This document shows positions 41,301 through 55,061 of a DNA stretch of 64,000 nucleotides, in pieces. Under the pieces are notes generated by a model that searched no databases, was not told the origin of the DNA, and saw only the letters and a list, made by a program, of their open reading frames with translations. This stretch comes from Octopus vulgaris. Lineage: Eukaryota. The DNA lies in NCBI GenBank assembly GCA_951406725.2, contig OX597817.1, positions 133,238,001 to 133,302,000 on the forward strand, read 5' to 3'. The first letter of the stretch is position 1, and every line of letters starts with the position of its first letter. A program made the position numbers and the translations under genes.

Positions 41301-41347
41301 GGAAGTTCGAAAATCCTCGGAAATCTCTAGAAAATTTTCGAGAAATT
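38325..41347. repeat. ~3-kb tandem satellite with ~52-bp monomer and ~1-kb higher-order duplication
   Basis: Consensus approximately TTTTCGACCAAATTTCCCGGAAGTTAGAAAATCCTCGGAACTTTCCAGAAAC; about 55-60 monomers by length. Confidence 0.97.
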
Positions 41348-41399
41348 AAAGAGAAATCCATTTGCCTTAATTCTCTACCATATAGCGAGTTAAAGAACC

Positions 41400-41930
41400 T
41401 TTCTCCGACTTTTCCTGTGATACCAAGATTTCCTAAATTATGACAGATGATTCTATGTCAAACGCCTTAACAATATCAGGGTTTTAACAGTCAATGATCT
41501 TTCCCCTTAAGAGATTATTAGAGGTAGTGTCATGATGCTGTAAGAATTGTGACAGCTACCTTCGTTCAGTCCGAAACCTAAGTGTCATCTAAGTTGTTTT
41601 CCTCCATGTATGTTATTACTTTTTGTCTTCGGACAAGGCATTGGGTAATTTTAGACGTGTAAGACGTGAGGGAAACAGGTCTGTAATTTTTAGCTTCAGC
41701 ACTGCTACCTTTTTTGTACCTATATAGGTTTTATTATAGCTTCTTTGAATAGTCTCGGGAATATGGCGGTATCTGGCGACTTTTGAAACAGTACCTTTAA
41801 TGATTTCATGAGGTGGTTTTTGCACGTTTTTTAGCAATATAACTGGAATACTATTTGGTACAGATGCTGAGTTTGGGCCTAAATCATTAATAGCCGCAAA
41901 TATATCAACTTCCATGATATTAATTTTAAG
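41400..41930 (-). mobile_element. CR1/L2-type LINE fragment (RT N-terminal part)
   Basis: DIFAAINDLGPNSASVPNSIPVILLK (K.A.GPD.I-like) and ENYRPVSLTS in the adjacent frame. Confidence 0.7.
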
Positions 41931-41934
41931 TTGT

Positions 41935-43040
41935 GTCTCTGCACTTGAGTTGTGGGATCAAAGAATTCGCTTGGATTATGCACGGGGCTGCGATACGGAC
42001 AGAGAATGCGGCCTTCCGCCTGTTGAAACATAAATGCCCACGAAGACCTCTATCCGGCGCAGGGGTGAAAATCTCCGCAAATGGTAGGCTTAAATGTCCG
42101 TTGAAGATGTTGAAAGTCGGATGAGATCTCCCTGCATCCTCCGTCGTTTTAGTGAAGGCAATGCCAGCCGTCGGAGATGTTCATCTTACGCAAGCTTAGA
42201 CAAGCCCGCGCCCATTCGGGTGGCCAAGTGCTGAACCCATTCCAGGTGCTGAATGTCTTTCTGGAGATATGGGTTTGAGGTATAGATGTAATATTCGAGG
42301 ATGGGTCGAACTAGAGTGATATATACAGGCCAAATGACGTCCATTGAAAGGTTAGCAAAGGATCGGTGGATGAGAAAAAGATTCTTTCTGGCTTTGTTCG
42401 CTGCCTCAATACCCTGCCGTAGTAGTTTGAAAGTAGTATCGATCATTATGCTAAGATCCTTTTCTTCAGTGACCATCTTAAGATGTTGATGTTTGTGGCC
42501 AATAGTCAAGGGAGAGTTTGGAGGTGAACCTATTGGCAAATGGCTGCATTTTGAGGCGTTCAAGTTCAGATTCCATTCTTCCGCCCAATTCCAAGCTCGG
42601 TTCAGCGACAATTGGAGTATGTCGTATTGATTCCTAGGTGAGACAAGTTTGACGTCGTCTGCAAATAGGAGAACTCTTCCATCAAGAAAATCTGACAGGT
42701 CGTTGATATAGAGAAGGAATAGTATTGACCCCAGCACTGACCCCTAGGGAACGCCGCTGCATGCATTCGTCTCCGCTGAGAGATCTCCATTTATCTGCAC
42801 CCAAAATGTTCGATAGCTCAGGAAGGAAGAAATCCACAAAATCAACAATGGATGAATCTTGAATGCTCGAAGTTTGCGCAAGAGAAGTCAGTGATTAACG
42901 GAGTCAAATGCCTTTGCGAAGTCCAAAAATACCACGCCCACCAAGTCTTTTTCATCCATGGTCCTTGTAATCCATTCTTCAAGAAGGAGAAGATTTGTTA
43001 GGCAAGATCTTCAGGGTAGAAATCCATGCTGCGAGTCGAA
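41935..43040 (-). mobile_element. CR1/Jockey-group LINE, 5'-truncated RT
   Basis: QHGFLP*RSCLTNLL, DFAKAFDSVNH, SGVP*GSVLGSILFLLYINDL, LFADD and LVRPILEY motifs. Confidence 0.9.
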
Positions 43041-43719
43041 TATTTCTTTGTACCATATACAGATAATTGTATAATGCTTTGGTTGGAAATAGCTGTGGGA
43101 ATGACATGAACATTGTGAATAAAACAAAGTCGAGTATGCTATTTTCCCCTAATTGGACAGGTAATAATTTGTTGTATGGGAAAGTCTTTTGTTGTATCGA
43201 GGAAAGGGTTCATATCCCTCCACATCAGCTGCTTGGTTCCAGGCTGGATATAATCCTCGGACCAGCTAAGATTAGTAAAATTAAAGACCCCTGTTAAAAG
43301 CATATTAGCCTGTGTGCTGGCCTCAGCTAGGGTTAGACTTGTGAGTAAAAAAAAGCACCTCTGAAGTGATCTTCGTGGTTAAACGCGTCAGGATGACGGT
43401 AGGTAATGCTTTCAATATCATTTCCTTTTTATATAAATTAGTCTGAAATTGTCGAATACATTTCTTTGCAAATTAGGTAATTTCGGGGTTGGTCTGCAAT
43501 CATTTATAGTGAAATGTTTCCTTTCAAAATCTTTTTTTTTTTTTATCAAACTGGACTAGTATTTCGAATGAGCAATAAGTATCAAAGCATTTAACAATGA
43601 GCATTAAATATCAAAGATAAAAATAAATCATTTTGTTCCCTTGTCAAACTTTAGACCTAACAACCTAAATAAGAAAACCGATATGACTGAAATAATTTGT
43701 AAAGGGCTTTTATTTTTAG

Positions 43720-43894
43720 GCTGAGGTCAAACAGTCGAATCCATTCAACCATGTCGTCAGTCTTTAGCAACATCAACTTCAAAGAACTTGAGAGAGGTGA
43801 CAGACTGAGAGAAGACAAGAACCTTCACACATTTTCAGCATTGCAAGATTTTGGAGTTATTTGTGTCAGAATAGAGCTGTCTTCAAGAATCCAA
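43720..43894 (+). CDS. Weak candidate host exon
   Basis: Acceptor CTTTTATTTTTAG|G, open frame ..MSSVFSNINFKELERGDRLREDKNLHTFSALQDFGVICVRIELSSRIQ, donor CAA|GTAATG. No homology recognised. Confidence 0.15.
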
Positions 43895-44174
43895 GTAATG
43901 CTATGTATTGAAGAGTAGCCATAGATGCTGGTCATATTGTTGTTCTTGTTGTTTGCTGCTACTGTTGTTGTTGTCACTTACTTTTTTATTTTGACGCTAC
44001 TTTGCTTCAGAAGTTGGTTAGTCATAAATTCCCATGGGAATTTTAAGCCCAGCTTCATCACTTTTATTTATTTATTTTTGCTCTTTGATTTTGCTTTGAA
44101 ACGAAATCTAGCTTCAATCATCTTATACAGATAATTTTTTTAGACACTATTTTCTGAAGCTGGTAAAATTATGT

Positions 44175-44257
44175 AGGGGGTGAAAATTTTGATCTTGCAT
44201 CACCTGAAAATTCCAAGGGTGCAGGTGTACCCGCTGCACCCCCTGTTCCCGGGCCCT

Positions 44258-44260
<3 letters not shown>
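44175..44260. mobile_element. Single GC-rich DNA-transposon/MITE terminus
   Basis: Reverse complement CAAGGGCCCGGGAACAGGGGGTGCAGCGGGT..GCACCC next to (TA)n; no partner end found. Confidence 0.35.
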
Positions 44261-44307
<47 letters not shown>

Positions 44308-44632
44308 AACATATATATAGTATATTGCGAGTGGATTGAGTTCTTCATCACTAACCAGTAATTAACACACTGAAGACGGGTAACCACCCAGAAACTCGGG
44401 TCTGTGTGTATCACTTAAGGCTAGAGATGCGAACGATGACCTCCCTCGCAAATACTAATCGGACACAGACTGTGTGTCGTTAGCCAGCTGGAGGAGATGT
44501 CTTCCTGGGGCTAAAAACAACAGTAACACCATCCCCTATAGGACCGCCACATTTAGTTGGCAAATATATTTTATGATTCCGTACTGTTACTGTTTATCTC
44601 TCGCTCAGAGATTTAATATAACTTATCGCTCT

Positions 44633-44693
<61 letters not shown>

Positions 44694-45208
44694 ATGTATA
44701 GCTTTACAAACATATTGAGCTACGAGAAGTAATAACCACTAAGCAATTCTATACTAATTCGCAAGCAGATACGTATGTATGCGTATATATCTATGTATAT
44801 ATAGGTGTATGTGTATGTACGCACATCCATATATATATATGCATGTGCGTGTATATACACACACACATATCTATATGTGAGAGTGTGTTTGTGCATAGAC
44901 ATCAGTACATAAGAGATGCATATAAATGCAAGACAGACGCCAAATGAAATACAAGCAAAATTGCTCGCGCGCAAAAGTAAAAAACAAATAATAATGTGAA
45001 CACGAACAGAACGACACGTACATACACACATACACAAACACACACTCATACAAAGTCACGTGTACTCAAGCACGCACGCGCACACACACACACACTACCA
45101 CTTATATACATGTATATCACAGCATCAAAACTTTAGAACGTAACCTTTTAAAAAGTCCAGCTAACATATATAGATATGTATACACACATATATATATATA
45201 TATACACA

Positions 45209-45292
<84 letters not shown>

Positions 45293-45609
45293 CTTGCTTT
45301 TCTGCTCAATTATAATGAAAACAATTTTACATTAACCTGAAGGATCACTCTATACTTTTTTAGAGTACAGATGTATTTTTCATGAACAAAAATATTATTG
45401 GTAGTGACTTCGAAGTTCCGACCTTCTAAGTCATTTCCGAACAACAGTTGGCGAAACCCTGAGCGTGTTAGGTTTCTGTAAAGAGGCCTGCGGAACATTA
45501 AGTCGCGTAGAGCCGAATGAAACTGTGTTAGATGATGATGATGATGATAATAATGACTTCTTTTCTTTTGTCCACAAGGGTCTAAAACATGAAGGGTAAT
45601 ATCAAGAGA

Positions 45610-45659
<50 letters not shown>

Positions 45660-45939
45660 GTGTGTGTGCGTGTGTGTATAATATATATATATATATGTAT
45701 GTATATATGTATGTATATGTAATAAACATATACCTATATGTAATTAATATCCATACACGTACATACATCATACATATATGTGTGTGTATGTATGTATGTA
45801 TGTATGCATGTATGCATATGTATATGTAATAAATAAACATATACATATATGTAGTTAATATCCATACACGTACATACATCATATATATGTGCGTGAGCAT
45901 GTGTGTGCGAGTGTGTGTGTGTATGTGTTTATAGGTATG

Positions 45940-46628
45940 CATGTATGTATGTATATATGTGTGTATATATATATATATATATGTAATGTATGTATGTATG
46001 TATGTGTGTGTATGTATGTATGTATGTATGTATGTATGTATGTATGTATGTATGTATGTATGTATGTATGTGTGCATGTGTGTGTGTATGTATGTATGCA
46101 TGTATGTATGTATATATGTATGTATGTATGTATATATGTATGTATGTATGTATGCATGCATGTATGTTTGTATGCATGTATGTATGTGTGTGTGTATGTG
46201 TGTGTATGTATGTATGCATGTATGTATGTATGTATGTATGTATATATGTATGTATGTATGTGTGCATGTGTGTGTATGTATGTATGTATATATGCATGTA
46301 TGTATGCATGTATGTATGTATGCATGTATGTATGTATGTATGTATGTATGTGTGTGTATGCATGTATGTATGCATGTATGTATGTATGTATGTATGTATG
46401 TATGTATGTATGTATGTATGTATGTATGTGTGTGTGTATGTATGTATGCATGTATGTATGTATGTATGTATGTATGTATGTATGTATGTATGTATGTATG
46501 TATGTGTGCATGTGTGTGTATGTATGTATGTATGCATGCGTGTATGTGTGTATGTATGTATGTATGTATGTATGTATGTATGTATGTATGTATGTATGTA
46601 TGTGTGTATGTGTGTGTATGTATGTATA
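45940..46628. repeat. ~700-bp degenerate (TATG)n/(TG)n microsatellite
   Basis: Read directly. Confidence 0.95.
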
Positions 46629-46839
46629 TTTATTACACCCTACGTGACATTCCGAATAAGAATCTAGTTAGGTGTCCGCCACAGATTCTCTCGTCTTGCT
46701 TTCGTGATTTCTCTCGTCACGGATTAGACGCCAACATGGACATTTATATTCTACAACACAACAATGCATTTCGCCATTTATTCATCTACTTTTTATTCCC
46801 TCTCACTCTCCTTCTTTTTGTCCACACACACACACACAT

Positions 46840-46893
<54 letters not shown>

Positions 46894-47063
46894 TTATTTA
46901 TTTATTTATTGTTACATTATTCATAATTTTCTGATTACAATCATTGTAGATTTATTTTACCAATTTTGTAGAACATTTTTTTTATTTTTTAATCTCATTT
47001 GATTTATTTATTTATTTATGTACCCCCAGCATACCCACAGACGGTCTGTTGAGACTAGCAGAA

Positions 47064-47114
<51 letters not shown>

Positions 47115-47326
47115 TTGTGTGCGCGACGTGATGTTGTGTGTATGTGTGGCTGTGTGTTTTTATATACGTAGGGATGCTTGTATATAAATATTTAAGCTAG
47201 TAAACAACCAACGAAGGAAATAGCATATATACAGTACTATGTATTGTTAAATACTGATTATAGTTGCTCATGTACATACAGAATACAAACACCACACACA
47301 CACACACACACAAACACATACACATA

Positions 47327-47373
<47 letters not shown>

Positions 47374-47551
47374 GCATGGACACATACACACACGCATACA
47401 TATGAACACAGAAACAGACATGCATGTGTATGTTCATATAATATCACAGTTCGCAGTATACTCTGCCGGTCACCTTTCACTGGGTTATTCAAGACTGTCG
47501 TGAAGAGCTCAGCTAAGGGTGAGACTCAGAGTATATTGTCAAACTGAGAGT

Positions 47552-47622
<71 letters not shown>

Positions 47623-47703
47623 TGTGTCTGCGTATCTACCCTGGTCAGTGTAATGAGTTGCATACCAGATATTGTTTGCAGAATGTAAAATGAATTATCA
47701 ATA

Positions 47704-47743
<40 letters not shown>

Positions 47744-47754
47744 TATGTGTATAA

Positions 47755-47813
<59 letters not shown>

Positions 47814-47834
47814 TATGCATATTGTATATATGTA

Positions 47835-47868
<34 letters not shown>

Positions 47869-48123
47869 TGCGTATATATATATGTATATATGTACGTGTG
47901 TGTGCATGCATACACACACACACACTCACATATATATATGTATGCGCGTATGTATTCCAAACACATAAAATCAGTAAAGAGAATAAGTGTGTTTAAGACA
48001 TATTTTAATCCATTTTACATTCAGAGCCCATGCCATCTGGAAGTGTGTGTGTGTGTGTGTAAGTCATACACACACGCACACACACATGTATGCATTTATA
48101 CACACACAAAAAGACATATATAT

Positions 48124-48171
<48 letters not shown>

Positions 48172-48390
48172 TTATATATATATGCATGTACTTATGTGCA
48201 CACACGCCTGTATTTTCATATACACACACATTTATACTTCCATATACTCCAGCCACTGCCTAGTAAACTAATATAGAGCCGTTTAAAATATCTTCACGAT
48301 CACATACAGATCGATATATCAATATGAGTATATGTAAGTGTGTGTGTGTATGCTTCCAATCCTGTCTGTGCATATTTATTTGTATGCATT

Positions 48391-48442
<52 letters not shown>

Positions 48443-49517
48443 TATATATATGTATGTATGCACGTATATGTGTATGTATGTGCGTATGTATGCATGCACG
48501 TATGTATGCATATATATGTGCATGTATGTGTGTATGTATCTATGTACATATGTATGCATGTGTATGTGCGTAAGTATGCCTGTAAGTATGTATGCATGTA
48601 TGTGTGCTTGTATGTAAGTGTGTACGTATGTGCTCACAAGCGTACACACGTACAAGAACATACATTTAGAAAAATGGATATGAAATACATGTTTATATGT
48701 ATGCCATACTGTGTGCTTAAGTACATCGTATGGTTAAACATGTAAAATATGTGTGTAGATATATTATATAAATACATACATACACACATATATACACATA
48801 CACACACACATACATATATATGATGTAGGGTGTATGTTCGTATGTGTGTGTAGGTGTTTTCGTGCGTACGTGTAATTATATTTGTGTGTGCATATGTATA
48901 TATACACTTATAAATATACGGATGTATGTATATGTGTGTGCGTGTGTATGTGTGTGCGTGAGCATGTATATATGTGTGTGTGGCCCGCACATTTACACAC
49001 ACATTTATACACATACTTACATGTATACATTATATACACATATACATACATAACACACACACACGCACACGCACATATATATATATAAATTCTTACAGGC
49101 ACCGAGCAACACACGCTCATACACACACACATATAGACATATATACTGCTTAAGTATGCGTATGAAAGCCGATTGCTATGGAAATACATGGTTGTACATG
49201 ATCCGTCAGTATTATATTAATTTAGCAGAAATATGTCTAGAAGTCTGGCTACAGTCTATTTATCATTGAGCCAGCTAGCATTAAAGATACATTCACTCTG
49301 CTTCTAGCAGCCACTATCTCAAACACCGACAATATAATCACATTAAACGGAGGAAATTAGATTTAATCTGCCTCCAGCCACCGTCGCCACCACTGACTTC
49401 TAAATACACCAACCACTGCAATCCAACAAGGAGTTGTCTATGTGGTTGCTAGAAATAATAGCCATCCCTCTCTCGTATCCTGTTTAGCTGTCTTCACTAA
49501 AGAAAGCACGTATTGGT

Positions 49518-49647
49518 GCAGGCGTAACTGTGTATTGAGTTCGCTTCGCAACCAAATGGTGCCGGGTTCAGTGTGGCTCCATGGGGATCGACTAAAGCCT
49601 TGTGAGGGGCTTTGGCAGATAGAAACTGAAAGAAACCGTCCTCTGTG

Positions 49648-49700
<53 letters not shown>
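49518..49700 (+). mobile_element. SINE family B head followed by (TG)n
   Basis: GCAGGCGTAACTGTG..CCGGGTTCAGTG..AAAGCCTTGTGAG..GAAACTGAAAGAAACC. Confidence 0.65.
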
Positions 49701-49702
<2 letters not shown>

Positions 49703-50014
49703 ATATATAATAAAATTTTCAGGATCCGATAGAATGGTGTATTTAAATAGTAAAAGCACCAAGGTAGAGTCGAGGGGTAAGCGTACTAGGGTGCTTGTAA
49801 CGTGCACTGACATATTCGTACTTACTAATATAAAAAAATACGGATTTGTCATTCCGAGTAGGCACACACTCACAAGTACTGACAGAATACACAACGCGTA
49901 TTCAAAGTCGCACAGGGGTATACTTAGTGCATGTGTTCCACAATCGACTATAGGCTCCAGTTCCAACCGCATGCAAGTTTCCGAGTTAGATGAAGAATAA
50001 ACAATAACACATAT

Positions 50015-50632
50015 GGATTGAGGTTCACTACAGCTGTTTCAGACTCGTTTCTTTTTTTATTATTGATAAGCAAACCGTTATCTCATGCAAAGAAAATAAA
50101 CGGTGAATAAAAAGTAAAATTTAACGTTTAAAATTTCTCACAAAACAAAACATAGCGCAAATTGACTCTCCCAACCAGGTTACGGCTGGGAGAGTGAGTA
50201 GCGGAAACCGTTACAGAATATATATATTCCTGGTGATAAAATTAATGAACTCGTTCGTAGGACCACAATGAGGGAAGGAAATAGCGGGAGATTCCTTTAA
50301 ATGATGAGACTCCTTTTTTGTTTACTTTTTTCCCTTCTTTTCTCTCTCCGTTTCTCTCCTTCTTTGTCTCTTCTATTTCCTTCCCTTATTCTGGTCCCAT
50401 GAACGAGTTCATCAATGTAATACCATGAATATATATTCTGTCACAGCTTCCGCTACTCACCCCTCCCCCAGCTGTAACCTGGTTGGTGGGGTCAACTTAC
50501 GCCATGTTTTATTCTGTGTGAAATTTTACTCTTTATTCACTGAAGAAAACGCGATGTTTTCTGCATGATGTAAGGCTTTTGTTTCTATCAATAAGAAACA
50601 CGCCTGAAACAGCTGTAGTGAAATTCAACCTG
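50015..50632. mobile_element. ~620-bp fold-back element with ~270-bp inverted arms ending in hammerhead-like motifs
   Basis: TTCACTACAGCTGTTTCAG / CTGAAACAGCTGTAGTGAA, CCAACCAGGTTAC.GCTGGG / CCCAGCTGTAACCTGGTTGG and ATGAACTCGTTC / GAACGAGTTCAT; purine/pyrimidine-skewed spacer. Confidence 0.8.
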
Positions 50633-50647
50633 TGTGTGTGTGTATGT

Positions 50648-50766
<119 letters not shown>

Positions 50767-51252
50767 CGTGTGTGTGCGTGCTAAATTGATTGGTTTTACC
50801 GATCGTCTAGACAACGATCATAAGTTACTTCGATGAGTTGACATGGGACAAATTAACAACAACAGCAACAACAGAAACAGCGGCAATAAAAGCAAACACA
50901 GCAAATGGTCTCTATGTACACATCAGTGAGCGCGCATAGTAGTTATAGGACGCAAAAATCTGTGTTCATATCTGATCACTTGGCATTACTCCATCAATAG
51001 CGGGAGATCTAATGATGCCAAGAAATAAAATATCTGTTATGAAAGTCGAGACAAAACATGTCTGCCAGATAATATACATAACAAAAGAAACTATAATTAC
51101 TTTCTTATTAATATGATGTAGTTAATAATTGAAACATAAAGTGTACGACAATAAATTAATAATAAAAATTCGGGTTTAAAAGCTGAAGCTGTTGAAATAT
51201 GAACGGTGAATTATTGACTCTGAGAAGCGGTTGTCTTAGCTTTTGTTTTCTG

Positions 51253-51311
<59 letters not shown>

Positions 51312-51522
51312 TATAATTTCTATCGGTTTGATATTCTCAGGATGGTTTTTGGTGTTCGATAAAATAAATCTGAAGATCATACAAACTAGAACATTCCGAT
51401 GAAGATTAAGAAAACCACACGCAGTTTTCAGTGTTGGGGAACAATGCTGTGCAATATTCGCTCAAGTTCTCTACGCTCTAGGTTCAAACTACACTGAAGT
51501 CAGCCTCGCCTCTCTTCCTTTT

Positions 51523-51785
51523 ATCATCATCATCATCATCATCATCATCATCTTCTTGTTCTTCTTGTTCTTCTTCTTCTTGTTCTTCTTGTTCTTCTTG
51601 TTCTTGTTCTTGTTCTTGTTCTTGTTCTTCTTCTGGTTCTTCTTCTTCTTCTGGTTCTTCTTCTTCTTCTGGTTCTTCTTCTTCTTCTGGTACTTCCTCC
51701 TTTTTCTTCTAACTTCCTCTTCTTCCTTTTCTTCTAACTTCGTCTTCTTTTTCTTCTAACTTCGTCTTCTTCTTTTTCTTCTTTT
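51523..51785. repeat. (ATC)n/(TTC)n/(TTG)n degenerate trinucleotide tract
   Basis: Read directly. Confidence 0.9.
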
Positions 51786-51849
51786 TCACCAACCTCTGGA
51801 CATCACTGTCCCGAGTTCTAGGACTCAAAAGGACTGTTTACCTGCTTTC

Positions 51850-52035
51850 TGTGGTGCATAAATGGCTGAGGTCACAATATTCCTCCTGGACCGAACACCA
51901 GTTCCTGGCAGGGTTACTCATTTACGGCTGAGTGGATTAGAATAACTTGAAATGAAAGGTTTTGCTCAAGAACACAAAATACTTCCTAGTACGGGAACCG
52001 AAACCACGATCTAGCGATCGGGAGGGCAACCCTCT
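51850..52035 (-). mobile_element. tRNA-derived SINE (family C), degenerate
   Basis: Minus-strand GGTTTCGGTTCCC B-box; GTTACTCATTTACGGCTGAGTGGA core; a related piece lies at 35140-35235. Confidence 0.5.
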
Positions 52036-53084
52036 CCTCGACCACCGCGCGCCTTCAATTTTCCTCCTTTCACGCTCGATGAAAATAAAGTACCATTTCA
52101 TGTCGACAAATTGGTGAAATTGTTAGACTATCGGAGATAGTCTAACAGTATTCTTATAGTATTTGTTCAGACATTTTGCATTCTGGATTCTAAGGTAGAA
52201 GACTTCATCCCACTAGGCTTAACATCCCCACCTGGTCTCTGGGTGCCTTTTGTGGGGTCCACTCTGTTGTATGCATTCAGACCAAGACTCTAGCCTGAAG
52301 GTAACCTATTATCTTCCACCAGTGTCTCGAGAACTAGTTTTCTTTCTCTAACTAAACACAAACTGTTCAGGTTATTATAATGTCGAATTATAAACAGTTT
52401 TGCTAATTAGATTTCTCAATTATGAAATATCGACGTAGAACTTTGACACAAGTTACATAATGGCAGATTCTTTAATTTAAATATCTGACTTCCACGAATA
52501 ACAGAGCTAATTTTAAACTTTCAGGCCTACGTATTCAATGAAATTAGGTATTAATAGAATGTTGGACTGCAGTTCATAGAAGTTTAGTCATATCTGCTTT
52601 TGGAAACGACTGTGTATCGATCACTAGGAAATTCTTTGTCACAAGTTGTAAAACAACATCAGTGTATTGTCAGCACATTTAAAGCGTTCATTGTCAATCA
52701 GAAAATATTTTTGTTCAGCGTTTTCCATGTTTGAATTAAACCATTATGTATTGTCTGTGAGCAGTATTCCTCGAAGAAAATGCGATGATTATTCTTCAAT
52801 TGAATATCGCAGTTTTGCAAATAACTTTTTAAAAAGATCAATGTCCAAGATTACACTTGAGTGTGAAACCAGCTTTCAATCAACCTTCTGCTTCTCGCTC
52901 ATCCAGACCCTGCAGTCACTGTAGCAGGTGTTTGCAAACAATGAGTACAACCATCTCCTCCAAGTAAGAATAGTAGTCGTTGCTTATACTGTTCTTAAAA
53001 TGCTGCTAGCCTTCTTGTGTGACAATGTCTCGATAATAAACGTTTAATTACAAACGAATGTACAAGATTCATAATACATATATA

Positions 53085-53562
53085 TATATATATGCTTTCG
53101 GTGCGAATGGTTTTGTTATACGGCGCCGTATAAAAAAATGGTATTTTTATATAAGCTGAAAGCTTATGGCTATCACCGTGCAATAAGGAAAATAGTCTAA
53201 TAACGCGATTAAGTGTCTTACTTTTATACAAACGAGCCAGCTTCCCTGCTCTTGTCAAATTTAAGAACTATATTAGTTCGTATTTGTTTTTATGTAAACA
53301 AGCTTTCTGTATATACTTTTGGTGCGAATGCTTTCGTTATACGGTGCCGTATTTTACAGTCCTAGGAGGGAGGCTGGTTCGCTGGTATAAAGGTAACACA
53401 CTTAGTCGCGTTAACAAAAGGCTTCTGGGTTCGAGTCCCATGCTGATAGGGAACCCTTCTTTTTATTGTCAAGGGCTTATATGCCCCATTATTAGACTAT
53501 TTTCCTTAGTCATTGCACGGTGATCGCCATAAGCTTGAAGCTTATATAAAAATACTATTATT
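53085..53562. mobile_element. Rearranged tRNA-like repeat with partial inverted and direct copies
   Basis: 53138-53245 is inverted relative to ~53370-53560; TGGTATAAAGG A-box and GGGTTCGAGTCCC B-box at ~53382-53440; GGTGCGAATG..GTTATACGG.GCCGTA is a direct repeat at ~53100 and ~53321. Confidence 0.6.
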
Positions 53563-53599
53563 ATTATTTACAGGATTGTAAGCATATATGTGTGTGTGT

Positions 53600-53976
53600 A
53601 GAGGCACAATGGCCCAGTGATTAGGGCAGCGGACACGCGGTCGTAGGAACACGGTTTCGATTCCCAGACCGGGCGTTGTGAGTGTTTATTGAGCGAAAAC
53701 AGCTAAAGCACCACGAGGCTCCGGCGGAAGGGTGGTAGCGAACACTGCTGTACTCTTTTACCATAAATTTCTCTCTTTCATCCTGTTTCTATTGTACCTG
53801 TATTTCAAAAGGCCAGCCTTGTCACACTCTGTGTCATGCTGAATCTCCCCTAGAACTACTTTAAGGGTACACATGTCTGTGGAGTGCTCAGCCACTTGTA
53901 CATTAATTTCACGAGCAGGCTGTACCGTTCATCGGATCAACTGGAACCCTCGTCGTCGTAACGGACGGAGTGCCAC
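53600..53976 (+). mobile_element. tRNA-derived SINE (family D)
   Basis: TGGCCCAGTGATTAGGGC A-box and GGTTTCGATTCCC B-box, with GC-rich body. Confidence 0.7.
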
Positions 53977-54003
53977 TATAATATATGTATGTGTGTGTGT
54001 GAG

Positions 54004-54038
<35 letters not shown>

Positions 54039-54182
54039 ACATACATACATATATATATATGTATACATACATACATATATATATATATATGTATATACAC
54101 ATATATATATGTATATATATATATATATATATGTACGTATGTATGCACTTTTATACATACATTTACAGACAGACAGACAGAC

Positions 54183-54243
<61 letters not shown>

Positions 54244-54661
54244 TTTTAGCTTTTGTTCCTTTCCCCGTTGCAAAATATGAAAGTTTCAAATTCATTTAGA
54301 AAAATTCTTATTGATTCACATGTGATTCCTCCACTGTCACTTACAATGATAGAGATATCACTTCAGGGGTCCTCAATGTTCATTTTTGCATCCTCATATT
54401 ACTAACAGGATAAAACATAACATTACAAGCTCGATAGCCAACCGTAGAATTCGTCGTAGCATGTCCGAATGTTTATCTTTATATATCAATACTAACTTGG
54501 TTCAACAAGAAGAAAAGCGTTCATTTGATGTTTTTTTAATGTTTCTGGCGTAAACGCTGATGACAGGAAGTAGGTACATTGAGTTATTTACTCGGGTTTT
54601 TACATTCCGAGTTCGAACCATGAAATCGATAAACTTAGTATCAGTCGAATAATGAGACTGA

Positions 54662-55061
54662 AAAGGCGGCGAGCTGGCAGAAGCATTAACACGCCGGGCG
54701 AAATGCTTAGCGGTATTTCGCCTGCCGCTACGTGTTGAGTTCAAATTCCGCCGAGGTTGACTTTGCCTTTCATCTTTTCGGGGTCGATTAAATAAATACC
54801 AGTTACGCACTGGGGTCGATATAATCGACTTAATCCCTTTGTCTGTCCTTGGTTGTCCTCTCTGTGTTTAGCCCCTTGTGAGCAGTAAAAAAAATAGGTA
54901 TTTCTTTGTCTTTACGTTCTGAGTTCTAATTCTGCCGAGGTCGACTTTGCCTTTCATCCTTTCGGAGGTCGATCAAATTAAGCACCATTTGCGTACTGGG
55001 GTCGATCTAATCGACTGGCTCCCTCCCCTAAAATTTCGGGCTTTGTGCCTAGAGCAGAAAA
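54662..55061 (+). mobile_element. Young dimeric SINE family A element with 15-bp TSD
   Basis: Two tandem cores GAGTTC.AATTC.GCCGAGGT.GACTTTGCCTTTCATC; GAATAATGAGACTGA at 54647-54661 and 55062-55076. Confidence 0.88.

Noticed and set aside
38325-41347. CRISPR array or coding repeat (ORFs with SEDFLTSGKFGRK-like units)
   Set aside because: No unique spacers and no cas genes, in a eukaryotic context. The 52-bp unit is not a multiple of three, so the ORFs are satellite read-throughs.
45310-49189. Long ORFs of 200-350 aa ([12 protein letters not shown] repeats)
   Set aside because: They are translations of (TATG)n, (TA)n and (TG)n microsatellites; the same applies to most short ORFs in the track.
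53375-53445. Second tRNA gene
   Set aside because: A- and B-box-like motifs are present but there is no cloverleaf or acceptor stem; treated as a SINE head.
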